From Bacteroidales bacterium (lineage in GTDB: Bacteria; Bacteroidota; Bacteroidia; Bacteroidales; WCHB1-69): a stretch of DNA of 49,783 bases. The stretch spans positions 1,642 through 51,424 of the forward strand of contig DAONEU010000002.1 in the NCBI GenBank assembly GCA_035403245.1. The letters are read 5' to 3'. A program made the translations under genes and the position numbers. The notes beneath the pieces were generated by a model, which made no database searches, had not been told where the DNA came from, and saw only the letters and a program-made list of their open reading frames with translations. Positions 1-10,339 of this stretch are shown here, piece by piece. Position 1 is the stretch's first letter. Every line of letters starts with the position of its first letter.

Positions 1-788
1 TGATACACATACCATGCACCAGCCTGAGCAGCTAGATCTAAAATCTTAGGGTCATCATCTATAGTATGGCTAATCCATTTTTTCTTTAGTGGAATCATGG
101 CTTTAAACAAATCAATTTCCCAATTTTTATCTTGAGCCAAAGAGTTATCCACGATAAATAATCTGTTGTTGTCGATGGTTTCCAGTTCTTCAATGGCTTT
201 ATCGATAGGTCTGGGTCTGAATTTTCTACCTCCCAGATAGGAAACAGCACAAGGATAGCAACTGAATCGACACCCTCTGGAAGCGTGAAAAAGATCCACC
301 ATTTGTACTCCTTTGTGATTGTAAAGGGGTCTGTTTAAAATAGATCTTCTGGCTGGTCCGATGGTTGCAATATCAGGATGTTCATTTAAATAATTGTAAA
401 CAGGTTTCAAAGTACCCTTTTCCCAATCGCGGAAAACTTCTTCCATTCTTCCTTCAGATTCTCCAAGAAAAATAGAATCTCCATGCTGTAAAGTTTCTTC
501 AGCATGGAGCATAGTTGAAATACCACCAAAGATCACTTTGATCCCTTTTTCTCTATATATTTTTGCAATTTCCCAACCCCTTTTGATCTGAACAGTCAAC
601 ATCATAGAAATACCTACAAAATCAACAGCTTCATCAAAATTGATCTCCTCCACATTTTCATCAGTAAAAGAGACATCAATATATTCAGGAATACTGGCTG
701 CCATAACAACCGGACCATGAGGAGGCAGATTAAAGGTGGTTTGCCCTTCCAGCTTTCTCCATTTTGGATAAATAAGTTTAAATTTCAT
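1..788 (-). CDS. B12-binding domain / radical SAM protein (N-terminal part; C-terminus runs off the left edge)
   Basis: My own translation from ATG (rc of 786-788) gives MKFKLIYPKWRKLEGQ...VDFVGISMM...KVIFGGI (B12-binding-like N-domain), then SRGCRFSCYPC (CX3CX2C radical SAM cluster motif). The frame is open to position 1. This ORF is not in the supplied track because it is truncated. Confidence 0.8.
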   Translation of the reverse strand, partial: MKFKLIYPKWRKLEGQTTFNLPPHGPVVMAASIPEYIDVSFTDENVEEINFDEAVDFVGISMMLTVQIKRGWEIAKIYREKGIKVIFGGISTMLHAEETLQHGDSIFLGESEGRMEEVFRDWEKGTLKPVYNYLNEHPDIATIGPARRSILNRPLYNHKGVQMVDLFHASRGCRFSCYPCAVSYLGGRKFRPRPIDKAIEELETIDNNRLFIVDNSLAQDKNWEIDLFKAMIPLKKKWISHTIDDDPKILDLAAQAGAWYVY

Positions 789-809
789 ATTCTTTTTGTT
801 TTATTATGA

Positions 810-2315
810 TCAATTTTTTTTGTCACTTTTAAGGTGAATATCGTTAATTACAGCATTGACACCTAAGAATTCTGCGCATGTAATGATCGCGCCTATACTC
901 ACCCCTAAAAATCCGTGAGCATTGATGTTCTGACCCGTCAAAAACAGATTTGGGATCTTCGTCCGCTGTGATACTAATGTTTGAGCCGGGAAATGACAAT
1001 CTCTTAAAATGCCAAACAGAGAGCCTCTTTTTGTACCGGTATAGTTTTGGTAGGTTAGGGGAGTAGAAGACTCTTTAAATGCAATTTTTTCAGTAATACC
1101 GGGATAGTGCTCGTTAAGTATTTGTAGCAATTTTTCAGTCTTCTCTTCTTTAAATTCCAAATAATCTGCACCTCTTTTTCCCACTTTAGTATGTTCCCAT
1201 TTCTTAACTTCATCGAAATTCATAAAGGCCGAAAATTGAGCACTATTTACATATTTTTCATTCTTACTTCTGGATTGATGCATGTATAGAAAACTTTTTG
1301 GCCAGTTATTTTGATCATAATCCTGCGCATGCCATACAGTATTCGTATTAAAATGGTAATGATTGTGATTTAAGTAAGGAACACTATCAGGTTTAAATCC
1401 CAAATATAAAGTGAAATTTGAGGCTGTATTTTCCATGTTATGAATCCGATCTCTGTAAGCATTTCTAATAAGATTTGACTCAATTAAATCTACCGTATTC
1501 GATGGATGAATATTGGAAATAAAACGATCCGCTTCAAAAATTTCTCCGGTTTTGGTTTCAATTGAAACCGCTTTTTCAGAGTTACAATGAATTTTCAAAA
1601 CTTCCTGATTGTTGTAAAACGCTCCTCCGTTTTCTTGAATTGATTTGATTAAACTTTCTACAATAACATGACTTCCGCCAATAATTCTCCATGAACTTTT
1701 AATATAGGAGTGTAAGGTCAATGCATGAACATAAACCGGTGTTTTTTCGGGATATCCTGCGTATAAAGCATTTGTCGCAGCCAGAACGTTTTGTAAAGTT
1801 TTATCACTTGTAAATGAAGCAATATACTCACCAACACACTTCTTAATATAATCAGATTCAATAAATGTATTTTGGTTAATCTCTTGTAAATTATACAAGG
1901 GAGATGCATGTGCAATCCTTTGAATATCAGTAATGTAGTTTCTGATATTTTCCCGCTCTTTGGGAAAATAGGTTGATAAAGTGTCAATATAATTTTCGTA
2001 TCCCATTGCAAAAGGATATTCCTTGTCTTGAATGGTTATCCGATCAAAACAACGTTCATCTAATTTTGATAATTGAACATCTTTAAACAGCCCATAATAT
2101 TGAAACAATTTGTGTAGAATTTCTCCTTCACCTAACCCACCAATGTAGTGCATGCCGGTATCAAAAAGAAACTCTTTTCTTTTAAACACCTGAAGACATC
2201 CCCCAAATTGATTATGCTTCTCAAAAATGGCAACTTTAAAACCATGTTTGCTTAATACATAACCACATTGTAACCCTCCTAAACCACTCCCAATAATGAT
2301 CACATCGTATTTCAT
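810..2315 (-). CDS. FAD/NAD(P)-dependent oxidoreductase, phytoene-desaturase (CrtI)-like family
   Basis: N-terminal Rossmann motif YDVIIIGSGLGGL...FEKHNQFGGC. The track start at 2321 is GTG; the ATG at 2315 gives the canonical MKYDVIIIGSG start. It lies 2-8 nt downstream of the preceding gene, consistent with an operon. Confidence 0.8.
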   Translation of the reverse strand: MKYDVIIIGSGLGGLQCGYVLSKHGFKVAIFEKHNQFGGCLQVFKRKEFLFDTGMHYIGGLGEGEILHKLFQYYGLFKDVQLSKLDERCFDRITIQDKEYPFAMGYENYIDTLSTYFPKERENIRNYITDIQRIAHASPLYNLQEINQNTFIESDYIKKCVGEYIASFTSDKTLQNVLAATNALYAGYPEKTPVYVHALTLHSYIKSSWRIIGGSHVIVESLIKSIQENGGAFYNNQEVLKIHCNSEKAVSIETKTGEIFEADRFISNIHPSNTVDLIESNLIRNAYRDRIHNMENTASNFTLYLGFKPDSVPYLNHNHYHFNTNTVWHAQDYDQNNWPKSFLYMHQSRSKNEKYVNSAQFSAFMNFDEVKKWEHTKVGKRGADYLEFKEEKTEKLLQILNEHYPGITEKIAFKESSTPLTYQNYTGTKRGSLFGILRDCHFPAQTLVSQRTKIPNLFLTGQNINAHGFLGVSIGAIITCAEFLGVNAVINDIHLKSDKKN

Positions 2316-2323
2316 CTTCACAC

Positions 2324-5300
2324 CTATATTTTATTTACATCAATAATAATATCAAATTCCATTCCCGGGTTTTCTTCGTAATTCAAATTTTCCGGAATAT
2401 TGATACAGTTTTTGGCAATACTATATTGTTCAACATCTGATTCAAATGCAAAAATAGTACTTTTCGGTAATACTAAAGCAGCTAAAAATGGTAATTCTCC
2501 ATATCCACAATTGATAAATTTAATGGTTTTGTAATTCTTAATAGAATCTATCAATTCAGAATAATTGTGATTTGATTTAAAATGGGATCTAACTGTCTTT
2601 TCTATCGAGTATCCTTTGTATAAATAGTGTTTAATCACCTTGTCAGACCAATAATCCGGTGTCTCTTTAAATGCTTGTATCGTTTTGAAATTTTGAATAA
2701 ATTGTTTACGAATAAATTTGCTTACATTTTGATACCCATCAAGTTTAGAATAATCAGCATAAGAGATCAGTTCTCCCACATGTAAACTGATAAACCCTTT
2801 TCTTAAGCACATCTCTTTTTTGGGTAAAATATGACCAAATCCATGAAGTGTGATAGGTAAAATATCGAGTTGTAATTTTTCAGCCAAATAGAAAGCTCCC
2901 TTATGGAATCTTTGAATAGAGCAGGTTTCAGAGCGGGTACCTTCAGGAAATATAAGAATTGAATACCCTTGATTTACAATTTTACTCAATTGATCTACAC
3001 TGCTTTCAATATTGTCTGAGATGGGATAAAAATCTGCAAATCTCAACGGAAGTGCATAAAATGGAAGATTCCATGCCCATTTATTGGTTAAAGCAATAAT
3101 GTTAGGATGTAAACCTAAAATTCCAGTTAAATCGATATGTGATTGATGATTAGCAATTATGACACAAGGTTTCTCAAACTTCTTTGGATCAAAACCAAAC
3201 ACTTTATATTTAACAAACGGAACTTTCTTGGTACAAAATCCGGAAATTTTGGAGAATAATTGATGATACCAATATTTTCTTTTTGCTAGAGGTGCAAAAG
3301 GGATCAAGTAAAAAGGAATGATTATGTTGAGAAAAATACATCCTAAAATGAACCAGAAAAATGAATAAACAGTGATTAAATATTCAATCAGGGTTATGGG
3401 TTGTGTTCTTGGTTTGTTCTTTTTGTAAATTAATCCTTTAAAAAAATAGGGTGAAACGGTATAACTCATCAAAACAACACTGATCATCCCAATAGTACTC
3501 ACTTCCGCTAAAGATCTCATTGCCGGATGTTTACTGAAGATTAATGTCCCTAACCCAATAAACATGGTTACTGCTGATAAAATCACTGCTGTTTTATATG
3601 AAATGACCAATTTTTTCTTGAGACTATATTCCTGAATCAACCCTTCCATCATAAAAATGGAGTAGTCATCCCCTAACCCAAAGATGAATGTTGCTAAAAT
3701 GATGTTCACAATATTGAATTGAATATTTAAGATACCCATGATTCCTAATATCCAAATCCAGCCTAATATCATTGGTAATAAAGCAATTAATGCTAATTCA
3801 ATTCTGCCGAAAGAAAGAATCAGAAAGAAGGTTACCAATAAAGCACACATAAGTAAAACTTTATTGAAATCATCATACAATAAAGTGACCATCGATTTAT
3901 TGCTCATGGTTCTGTTAAACATGGTTGTACCCGGAATCTTAGATAAAGGGGATTCAATAATTGTTTCAACACTGTTTTTTGGATATAAGAGTGTAACAAT
4001 CACACATCTATCAGGAGTTTCAATGATATAATCGTTTAAAAGAATTTTCTTAATAGATTCTTGTTTTACCAAATTAATCTGAAATGATGTGTCAATTAAA
4101 CTAAAAAAAGGAGAGAAACCTTCACGGTATATTCCCAGTTGATCACAATTTACAGAAATTTGATTTATTGTTTTTTTACCATGTTTAGACCAAAACATAT
4201 TCCATTGATCTGTTTTTTTGTTTTGATAAGATTTTGAATGGTAAAAATTTCCGATTCCCTGTATATGTTTGAAACATCCTGATTCACTCATGGAATCTAA
4301 GATGGGATAAGCTTGTTCGTAGTGAATGAGGGCTTCCTCCAAATTTTTACCATAAGAGATATGATACAAATAGGGGGCGTTAATATGAGCTACTTCACTG
4401 ATTTGTGCCAATGCTTTCTTTTGATCTTTAGTCATATAACTTAAATGACTAAAATCGGTGTCAAATTTCACACTTCCGGAAAAGTATCCAAAAACAACAG
4501 TTAACACAATCAGAATGAGTCCAATATAAGGGATATTTTCCATTCTGGCAGATGCGATTTTAGTCCAGAAGTTGGATTCTTCTTCGATCTGTTGAGGATC
4601 ACTAAGATTTGTTTTTTTTCTAAAAAACTGAGGTAAAATGGCTAAAACAAAAATGAGAGTACCAACTAAAGTGAATGCTGAAAACAAACCAAAATCTTTT
4701 AGAGCTGCAGATTTTACAAATAATAAACTAAGAAAAGCCCCTACAGTAGTGATACTTCCAACTATCATCGGGAAGGAAATGTCTTTAATTGTTTTGGATA
4801 ATGATTGGGTTTCTTTGTAGTGTATCAAAAAGTGGAGTGAATAGTTCAACGCAATCCCGAAAATGGCGGAACTGGCTCCAATTGCAATGGTAGATATTCC
4901 ACCTTTAAAAAATACTATAAAAGCTATTGATAATAATGCTCCAAATAAAACAGGAATGATGATTAAAACTAAATGGGTGATTTTCTTGAAGTAAATCGAT
5001 AAGATAATAATGATGAGTAAAAGTGCCATTATCATAGAAATGATGCTGTCGCTTTTGATCTGTTTGGCATTAGAAACACTTACAGGAATGGCCCCAAAAT
5101 AGGTTATTTTATATGTATTGCCGGTTATTTTATTGAATTTTTTAAAAGTTTCTTCAATTTTCTTTACAAACAAAGCATTGTTTTTGGTTTCAGAGATTGC
5201 ATTTTTGGCAACTATAAACAAGAATGCTTGTTTTGAATCCTTTGAAAACAGATACCCATCTTTGGATTGAAAGTTTTGAAATTCTCCCATTTTCTGAAGG

Positions 5301-5857
5301 GATTTGAAAACATTTCCGGATAGATGCAATGGATCAGATGTAATATTTTGCCTCATAAAACCACCCGATGGCATCAAAAGAAACTCTTTATTTCTGCTCA
5401 TGATGGTTTGAATGACAGAATCGGCAATAATAGTGTCTAACCTTAGATAATCCTGATCCGTTAAATATAAAGGTAAATTAGCAAGTATCGATTCCTGAAC
5501 ATTTGATATGGACTGATCATCAATTTGATATATTAATTCCTTATAGTACTCTTTTGTAGAGGCACTCAGTAAATCAGCTAACTGATCGATCCCATCCATC
5601 AATTTTGTATCGTCAACTTGAGAATCAGGTAGGGATAAAGAGATAATAATCTTGTCCGAAATTTTATTGTTTTCGTAAACAAAATTGATTAATTCTGTCT
5701 CTTTTGAATTGGGTAGAAAACCGGAGATATCTTCATTGAATTTGATTTTAGAAGAAAAATATATCAAAAATCCTACAAGAATCAACAATCCAAAAAAGAA
5801 AACAGGTTTCCTTTTTTGAAAATAATTATTCCAGTTAGTGAGGCTATTTTGGATCAT
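2324..5857 (-). CDS. Tri-domain fusion: MMPL/RND-like exporter + PlsC-type (HX4D) acyltransferase + C-terminal SAM-methyltransferase-like domain
   Basis: Uninterrupted 1177-codon ORF. It has two multi-TM bundles separated by large soluble loops (MMPL-like), then ANHQSHID (HX4D, nt 3131-3154) and FPEGTRS acyltransferase motifs. The tail contains IKFINCGYGELP, which resembles MTase motif I. Confidence 0.7.
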   Translation of the reverse strand: MIQNSLTNWNNYFQKRKPVFFFGLLILVGFLIYFSSKIKFNEDISGFLPNSKETELINFVYENNKISDKIIISLSLPDSQVDDTKLMDGIDQLADLLSASTKEYYKELIYQIDDQSISNVQESILANLPLYLTDQDYLRLDTIIADSVIQTIMSRNKEFLLMPSGGFMRQNITSDPLHLSGNVFKSLQKMGEFQNFQSKDGYLFSKDSKQAFLFIVAKNAISETKNNALFVKKIEETFKKFNKITGNTYKITYFGAIPVSVSNAKQIKSDSIISMIMALLLIIIILSIYFKKITHLVLIIIPVLFGALLSIAFIVFFKGGISTIAIGASSAIFGIALNYSLHFLIHYKETQSLSKTIKDISFPMIVGSITTVGAFLSLLFVKSAALKDFGLFSAFTLVGTLIFVLAILPQFFRKKTNLSDPQQIEEESNFWTKIASARMENIPYIGLILIVLTVVFGYFSGSVKFDTDFSHLSYMTKDQKKALAQISEVAHINAPYLYHISYGKNLEEALIHYEQAYPILDSMSESGCFKHIQGIGNFYHSKSYQNKKTDQWNMFWSKHGKKTINQISVNCDQLGIYREGFSPFFSLIDTSFQINLVKQESIKKILLNDYIIETPDRCVIVTLLYPKNSVETIIESPLSKIPGTTMFNRTMSNKSMVTLLYDDFNKVLLMCALLVTFFLILSFGRIELALIALLPMILGWIWILGIMGILNIQFNIVNIILATFIFGLGDDYSIFMMEGLIQEYSLKKKLVISYKTAVILSAVTMFIGLGTLIFSKHPAMRSLAEVSTIGMISVVLMSYTVSPYFFKGLIYKKNKPRTQPITLIEYLITVYSFFWFILGCIFLNIIIPFYLIPFAPLAKRKYWYHQLFSKISGFCTKKVPFVKYKVFGFDPKKFEKPCVIIANHQSHIDLTGILGLHPNIIALTNKWAWNLPFYALPLRFADFYPISDNIESSVDQLSKIVNQGYSILIFPEGTRSETCSIQRFHKGAFYLAEKLQLDILPITLHGFGHILPKKEMCLRKGFISLHVGELISYADYSKLDGYQNVSKFIRKQFIQNFKTIQAFKETPDYWSDKVIKHYLYKGYSIEKTVRSHFKSNHNYSELIDSIKNYKTIKFINCGYGELPFLAALVLPKSTIFAFESDVEQYSIAKNCINIPENLNYEENPGMEFDIIIDVNKI

Positions 5858-5866
5858 TTAGTATAA

Positions 5867-6658
5867 TTAATGTTTATGTTTCTGAGTTTTAAAAATAGAT
5901 AAGATGGCATATTTAGGGTAGAAATAGATGACGGCAATAATACTTAAAAAAGTGTTGAGTAATGTAATCCTCAAGAAATCCACAGTGGGTCTAAAGTGTG
6001 TAATTCTCACACCTTCAGGAGGATAATACACATGAATCGGAATCGGAATCACTTGATAACCTCTCCAGATATTACGAACCATAATTTCCAATTCAAAATT
6101 ATAACGATCTGTAAACCAAATATTTCTTTGGAAACAGGAAAGCGGATAATATCGATAACCGGATTGAGTATCCGGTAAATCTATTGCAGTTTGAAAATGG
6201 AACCAGAAGTTAGAAATTTTATTAGCTGTTGTATTCTTTCTAGGCATGTTCTCATGCTCAATTCCTCTGGACCCAATAATGATTGCGTGAGGTGTTTGGA
6301 TTGCTTGTTGAATAAAAGAATTCAAATCTGAGGGAAAATGTTGCCCATCACTATCCATAGTAATGATGGCTTTATATCCTAATTTGATAGCCCTTTTTGC
6401 ACCTGCTTTTATGGCAGCACCTTTTCCTCTGTTTTTTGGAAAACTGATCAATTCGATTGTTTGAGGAGTTGTATTGTTACTGATTATTTTGTCAACGATA
6501 TTTTGTGTCTGATCAGTAGATCCATCATTAATAATCAGTATATCAATAGGATATTGAATGCAATCCAACAATACATTTTCGATAAATGTAGCATGGTTGT
6601 ATGTTGGCAGAACCAAACAAACTTTTAAAATTTCAATTTGTTGTTGCAGTTGATCCAT
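5867..6658 (-). CDS. Family 2 glycosyltransferase (polyprenyl-phosphate sugar transferase-like, ArnC/DPM1-like)
   Basis: VLPTYNHA...IINDGSTDQT...DSDGQH motifs and a C-terminal TM segment. Its start overlaps the upstream gene's stop codon by 1 nt. Confidence 0.85.
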   Translation of the reverse strand: MDQLQQQIEILKVCLVLPTYNHATFIENVLLDCIQYPIDILIINDGSTDQTQNIVDKIISNNTTPQTIELISFPKNRGKGAAIKAGAKRAIKLGYKAIITMDSDGQHFPSDLNSFIQQAIQTPHAIIIGSRGIEHENMPRKNTTANKISNFWFHFQTAIDLPDTQSGYRYYPLSCFQRNIWFTDRYNFELEIMVRNIWRGYQVIPIPIHVYYPPEGVRITHFRPTVDFLRITLLNTFLSIIAVIYFYPKYAILSIFKTQKHKH

Positions 6659-7026
6659 TATTCATCAAATATAAAGTCAAATTTCGCATAGGTTGCTGAT
6701 CCATTTTGAAATTTTATCAGGGCCATGTTTTGGTTTTCGTCTCTTTTGATTTGGATATTTAAGTCCACTTCAGGGATCTCGTTAGGATTTATTGTATTTA
6801 AAAATTTTAATTGATTAAATTCCAAAATACGAATTGATTTATGATGAATATTTTCTATCATCTCTTTAGAAATTTGTACTAAACAAGCACCTGGAACTAT
6901 GGGTTGATTAGGAAAATGAGCTTTAAATATTTGATCCTCTGCATGAAAGCAAACATTAAATGTAAAGCTTTGATTGATATCAACTTGCGAGTTAGTAATG
7001 GAATAAAATGTATCTCCTAGTATCAT
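6658..7026 (-). CDS. FabZ-like hotdog-fold 3-hydroxyacyl-ACP dehydratase
   Basis: HFPNQPIVPGACLVQ matches the FabZ active-site motif HFPxxPvmPG. ATGA overlap with the upstream gene. Confidence 0.7.
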   Translation of the reverse strand: MILGDTFYSITNSQVDINQSFTFNVCFHAEDQIFKAHFPNQPIVPGACLVQISKEMIENIHHKSIRILEFNQLKFLNTINPNEIPEVDLNIQIKRDENQNMALIKFQNGSATYAKFDFIFDE

Positions 7027-7688
7027 AGTTCTATTTTTAAAATAAACATAGAATCATCAATGTTTTTATTCAATTTAACATTTTCAAATTTGATAATGGT
7101 ATTGTCCCCGTTGGGTTCATTTAATATGAATTGAGAGGCTAAATAACTTTTCTTGTCGATCATCAATTGTATGGAAGAAATATATTTCTTAATATTACTT
7201 TGTTTGGGCTCCAGTATTATTTTGATAAATGATCCATTTTCTTCAAATTTTGCAATAAAATCTTTGTTGTTTTCCAGAATTTCACCACTGATGGATTGCA
7301 TTACTAATTTTGATATTTGTTGGTACAAGATAACGCTATTATCCTTAATAATTTGAACTTTATCTCCCGATTTTGTATAGATCGTTTTTCCGTTTTGCGC
7401 AAAAATGAAAGTTGGATTATTAAAATATTCCCATCTGAATTTTTGATTTTTTTTGAAATACATAATTCCTTTACTAATACTAGGATTTTTAAGGATTGAC
7501 ATATTTTTTGTTTGCGTAAAAGGGCAACTTATACTGGTTATTTGAGCATTTTTTGCTTTAATTTGAGCCTTATACTGATTTAAATTATCCCCAATAATCG
7601 GCTTAAAATCAGACTGACCCATAAGTTGAAAACTTATAAAGATCAGAAAAACAGATATTGTAAATTTGTAGAGTTTCATAATTTTCAT
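7023..7688 (-). CDS. LolA-like outer-membrane lipoprotein carrier family protein
   Basis: Signal peptide, about 220 aa, and the position typical of aryl-polyene/flexirubin clusters. The F.Q...........G..Y..K..KFRWEY pattern is typical of LolA-like proteins. Confidence 0.6.
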   Translation of the reverse strand: MKIMKLYKFTISVFLIFISFQLMGQSDFKPIIGDNLNQYKAQIKAKNAQITSISCPFTQTKNMSILKNPSISKGIMYFKKNQKFRWEYFNNPTFIFAQNGKTIYTKSGDKVQIIKDNSVILYQQISKLVMQSISGEILENNKDFIAKFEENGSFIKIILEPKQSNIKKYISSIQLMIDKKSYLASQFILNEPNGDNTIIKFENVKLNKNIDDSMFILKIEL

Positions 7689-7704
7689 ATTTTTCTAAGA
7701 ATTT

Positions 7705-8061
7705 CTATTTTTGAACAACAAGGATAACACCAATCATAATGATTCCAACACCAAGCCAACGAGTCCATGAAATGGTTTCGTGAAAAATAAAGTAAGCTGC
7801 TAATAGTCCAAAAACGTAGCTGATACTGATTAATGGATAAGCAGAGCTAAATTCATATTTTTTAAGAACATACATCCAGATGATTGTAGCTAATGCAATT
7901 GAAATTCCACTCATCGCGAAGCTTAAGTTGGTAAAAACATTTTTAAAAAAGTCAAGGGTAAATTGAAATTTACCAAAAGCTACAAGGGCTTTTTTTAAAA
8001 AAACCTGAGAAGCTGTGAGTAAAAAACATTGGACGGTTACTAAACTAATTAATTTTAACAT
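7705..8061 (-). CDS. Small 4-TM membrane protein, EamA/DMT half-transporter (ArnE/F-like)
   Basis: 118 aa with four hydrophobic segments. Overlaps the upstream gene by 7 nt. The family call rests on size and topology only. Confidence 0.45.
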   Translation of the reverse strand: MLKLISLVTVQCFLLTASQVFLKKALVAFGKFQFTLDFFKNVFTNLSFAMSGISIALATIIWMYVLKKYEFSSAYPLISISYVFGLLAAYFIFHETISWTRWLGVGIIMIGVILVVQK

Positions 8062-9104
8062 TTTCCTAATAAAATTAAACTATGGGTTTTGTTATGATAG
8101 TGATTGTGAAACAATACTTTTCGTAATGGGTTGGTTGGGTGGTATTTACGGTAAAAATGGTTTGAAAAACGGTTATTTTTAATGAATTGAGCCATCATTA
8201 CCAATCCGAAAGCAGATGCTGTGAAATACTCACCACATAAATGTTTGTATATGAAAGGAGTAGGTTTTAAAAGGTCTCCTGAGTAAACATTGTCATAAAT
8301 TAAGTCATTGTTAATATCTCCATTTAGACCTAACATAACGGCATCAATTTCAGACACATCAACATTATTTTTGTCAAGAAATAAAAGGATTTGATCAATA
8401 GTTTTAGAGTAATTTTCGGGAGTATGAAAGATTTTTACATCAATAATTGACGCATAACTATGATCGGTTTTATCAGCAGAAATATAAACGCAATTAGATC
8501 CTTCTCCAATAACACTTCCGGAAGAAAATGCATTTCTCATCTCTTCAAATAAAAAAGGTTCATTTTTTAAATAGCCGATTTTGGCTAACATATTTTTATA
8601 ATCGGGAGTCATTTCATCGAATCCACCAACCAAAGCATTATTAATTTGTTTTAATTCAATTTGTAAAAAGGCATCGAGTAGGGCGCTTTCAAAAGAGGAG
8701 CCGAGATGGGAATAGGTGGAGTTATACCCATTACATTTAAGGTACATTGCAATTTGTGAACTAATGGTGTTATGGGTTGATTGAATAAAATGGGTTGGTT
8801 GAAGGAGTGTTTCATGTTGTTCAATCATAGAAAGTAGAAATTTCTCAGTTTCTTCAATACACCCTAAACCTGTACCTGAAATAATGGCGTCAGGCATTTT
8901 AACGTTTGCGTCTTCCAAACATAATTTAGAAGCAACAATAGATCTTTTGATAATCTTACTCATTCTTCTGGAAAGGATAGGAGAGATGTATTTGGAAAAA
9001 TCGGGCTCAGAACATCTTAAATAATTGTCTTTGCCCCAATCTGGGAGTTCAGGCTTTTCTAGTCCTTGAATGGAAATAGATCCTATTCCGTTAATATATA
9101 CCAT
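8055..9104 (-). CDS. Ketosynthase-like protein lacking the active-site Cys (chain-length-factor-like)
   Basis: KS fold signatures are present, but the ACSS position reads HLGSS (Cys to Gly) and the HGTGT position reads LNGD. Confidence 0.7.
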   Translation of the reverse strand: MVYINGIGSISIQGLEKPELPDWGKDNYLRCSEPDFSKYISPILSRRMSKIIKRSIVASKLCLEDANVKMPDAIISGTGLGCIEETEKFLLSMIEQHETLLQPTHFIQSTHNTISSQIAMYLKCNGYNSTYSHLGSSFESALLDAFLQIELKQINNALVGGFDEMTPDYKNMLAKIGYLKNEPFLFEEMRNAFSSGSVIGEGSNCVYISADKTDHSYASIIDVKIFHTPENYSKTIDQILLFLDKNNVDVSEIDAVMLGLNGDINNDLIYDNVYSGDLLKPTPFIYKHLCGEYFTASAFGLVMMAQFIKNNRFSNHFYRKYHPTNPLRKVLFHNHYHNKTHSLILLGKC

Positions 9105-9116
9105 TTGATTTATATT

Positions 9117-10322
9117 TTAATTGTTATTTTTATATTTAGAAAAAATTAAACTTGTATTGTTTCCACCAAAGCCAAAAGAATTCTTCATGAAATGATCAAA
9201 AGAATAATTTTTAATGGTAGTTTTTATAGGTTCAAAGTTTAATTCTTCCATTTTCTCTGAAAAATTAAGGTTTGCAGGAAGGAAGTTGTGAGTCATAGCA
9301 ATTATTGATATAACTGTTTCAACGGCACCTGCAGCACTGGTTGTGTGGCCAGTGAAAGACTTAGTAGAGCTGATAGGGGGCACTTTTTCAAAAAGGGTAG
9401 AAATGGCTACACCTTCAGATAAATCATTGTTTTGAGTTCCAGTACCGTGAGCATTGATATACCCAATATCAGAAGGCTCTAATCCGCTCATTTCTAATGC
9501 TTTTTGCATTGATAGGATTGCTCCTTTTCCATCAGGAGAAGAAGCCGTTTGATGAAAAGCATCACATGCATTTCCGTAACCACTTAAGGTGCATAACGGT
9601 TTGATTTGACGTAAATCACAATTTTGTTCTGTTTCCATTACCAAATAGGCAGCACCTTCGCCTAAAGTAATTCCACCCCGATTGGCATCAAAAGGTTTAC
9701 ATGGTCCTTTGTCTAGTATCATTAAGGTATTAAAACCATTTAAATGGAATTTAGTAATACACTCAGAACCACCAACAATAACAGCATCCAGTAAACCTAA
9801 TTTTAACATATTGGCACCCAATATAATGGCATTGGCAGCTGATGAACATGCGGTTGAAATGGTTGTACAGAACTCAAAGTTTCCCAAGTGTTTTGCAATA
9901 TCTTCGGTACAAGCGCCACAATCATGCAAGCTGATATACTCGTTGTGTTTGTCATTGTGAAGAAAATCGAGATAATATTGTTCACTTTTTTCCATTCCAC
10001 CAACCGTTGTTCCTGAAATAAAGCCAATTTTTTTATAACCGGCTCCAAGGAGTTTTGCTTGAATAATGGCTTCTCTGGCCGCAAGTATTCCTAATAGAGT
10101 AGTTCTCGCGATAATTGTATTTTGATCAACCCCTACTTTTGACTTGAGTTTTTGGTCAGGAATCTTAACCATACCAACCGGGATCTCTTTATGAATGGAG
10201 TTTAAATAAACTAATTTACCGATACCACTTTTTTCTTTTAATAGTTTATCCTCAGTTTCATACTTGTTTTCACCCAAAGCAGAAACAATTCCCATACCCG
10301 TAATACAAATTCTGTCAGCCAT
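9117..10322 (-). CDS. Beta-ketoacyl-ACP synthase (FabF-like)
   Basis: STACSSAANAI (Cys), NAHGTGT and FTGHTTSAAG (His, His), and the C-terminal GFGGNN motif. Confidence 0.9.
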   Translation of the reverse strand: MADRICITGMGIVSALGENKYETEDKLLKEKSGIGKLVYLNSIHKEIPVGMVKIPDQKLKSKVGVDQNTIIARTTLLGILAAREAIIQAKLLGAGYKKIGFISGTTVGGMEKSEQYYLDFLHNDKHNEYISLHDCGACTEDIAKHLGNFEFCTTISTACSSAANAIILGANMLKLGLLDAVIVGGSECITKFHLNGFNTLMILDKGPCKPFDANRGGITLGEGAAYLVMETEQNCDLRQIKPLCTLSGYGNACDAFHQTASSPDGKGAILSMQKALEMSGLEPSDIGYINAHGTGTQNNDLSEGVAISTLFEKVPPISSTKSFTGHTTSAAGAVETVISIIAMTHNFLPANLNFSEKMEELNFEPIKTTIKNYSFDHFMKNSFGFGGNNTSLIFSKYKNNN

Positions 10323-10339
10323 TTTCGATGTCCGTTTTT

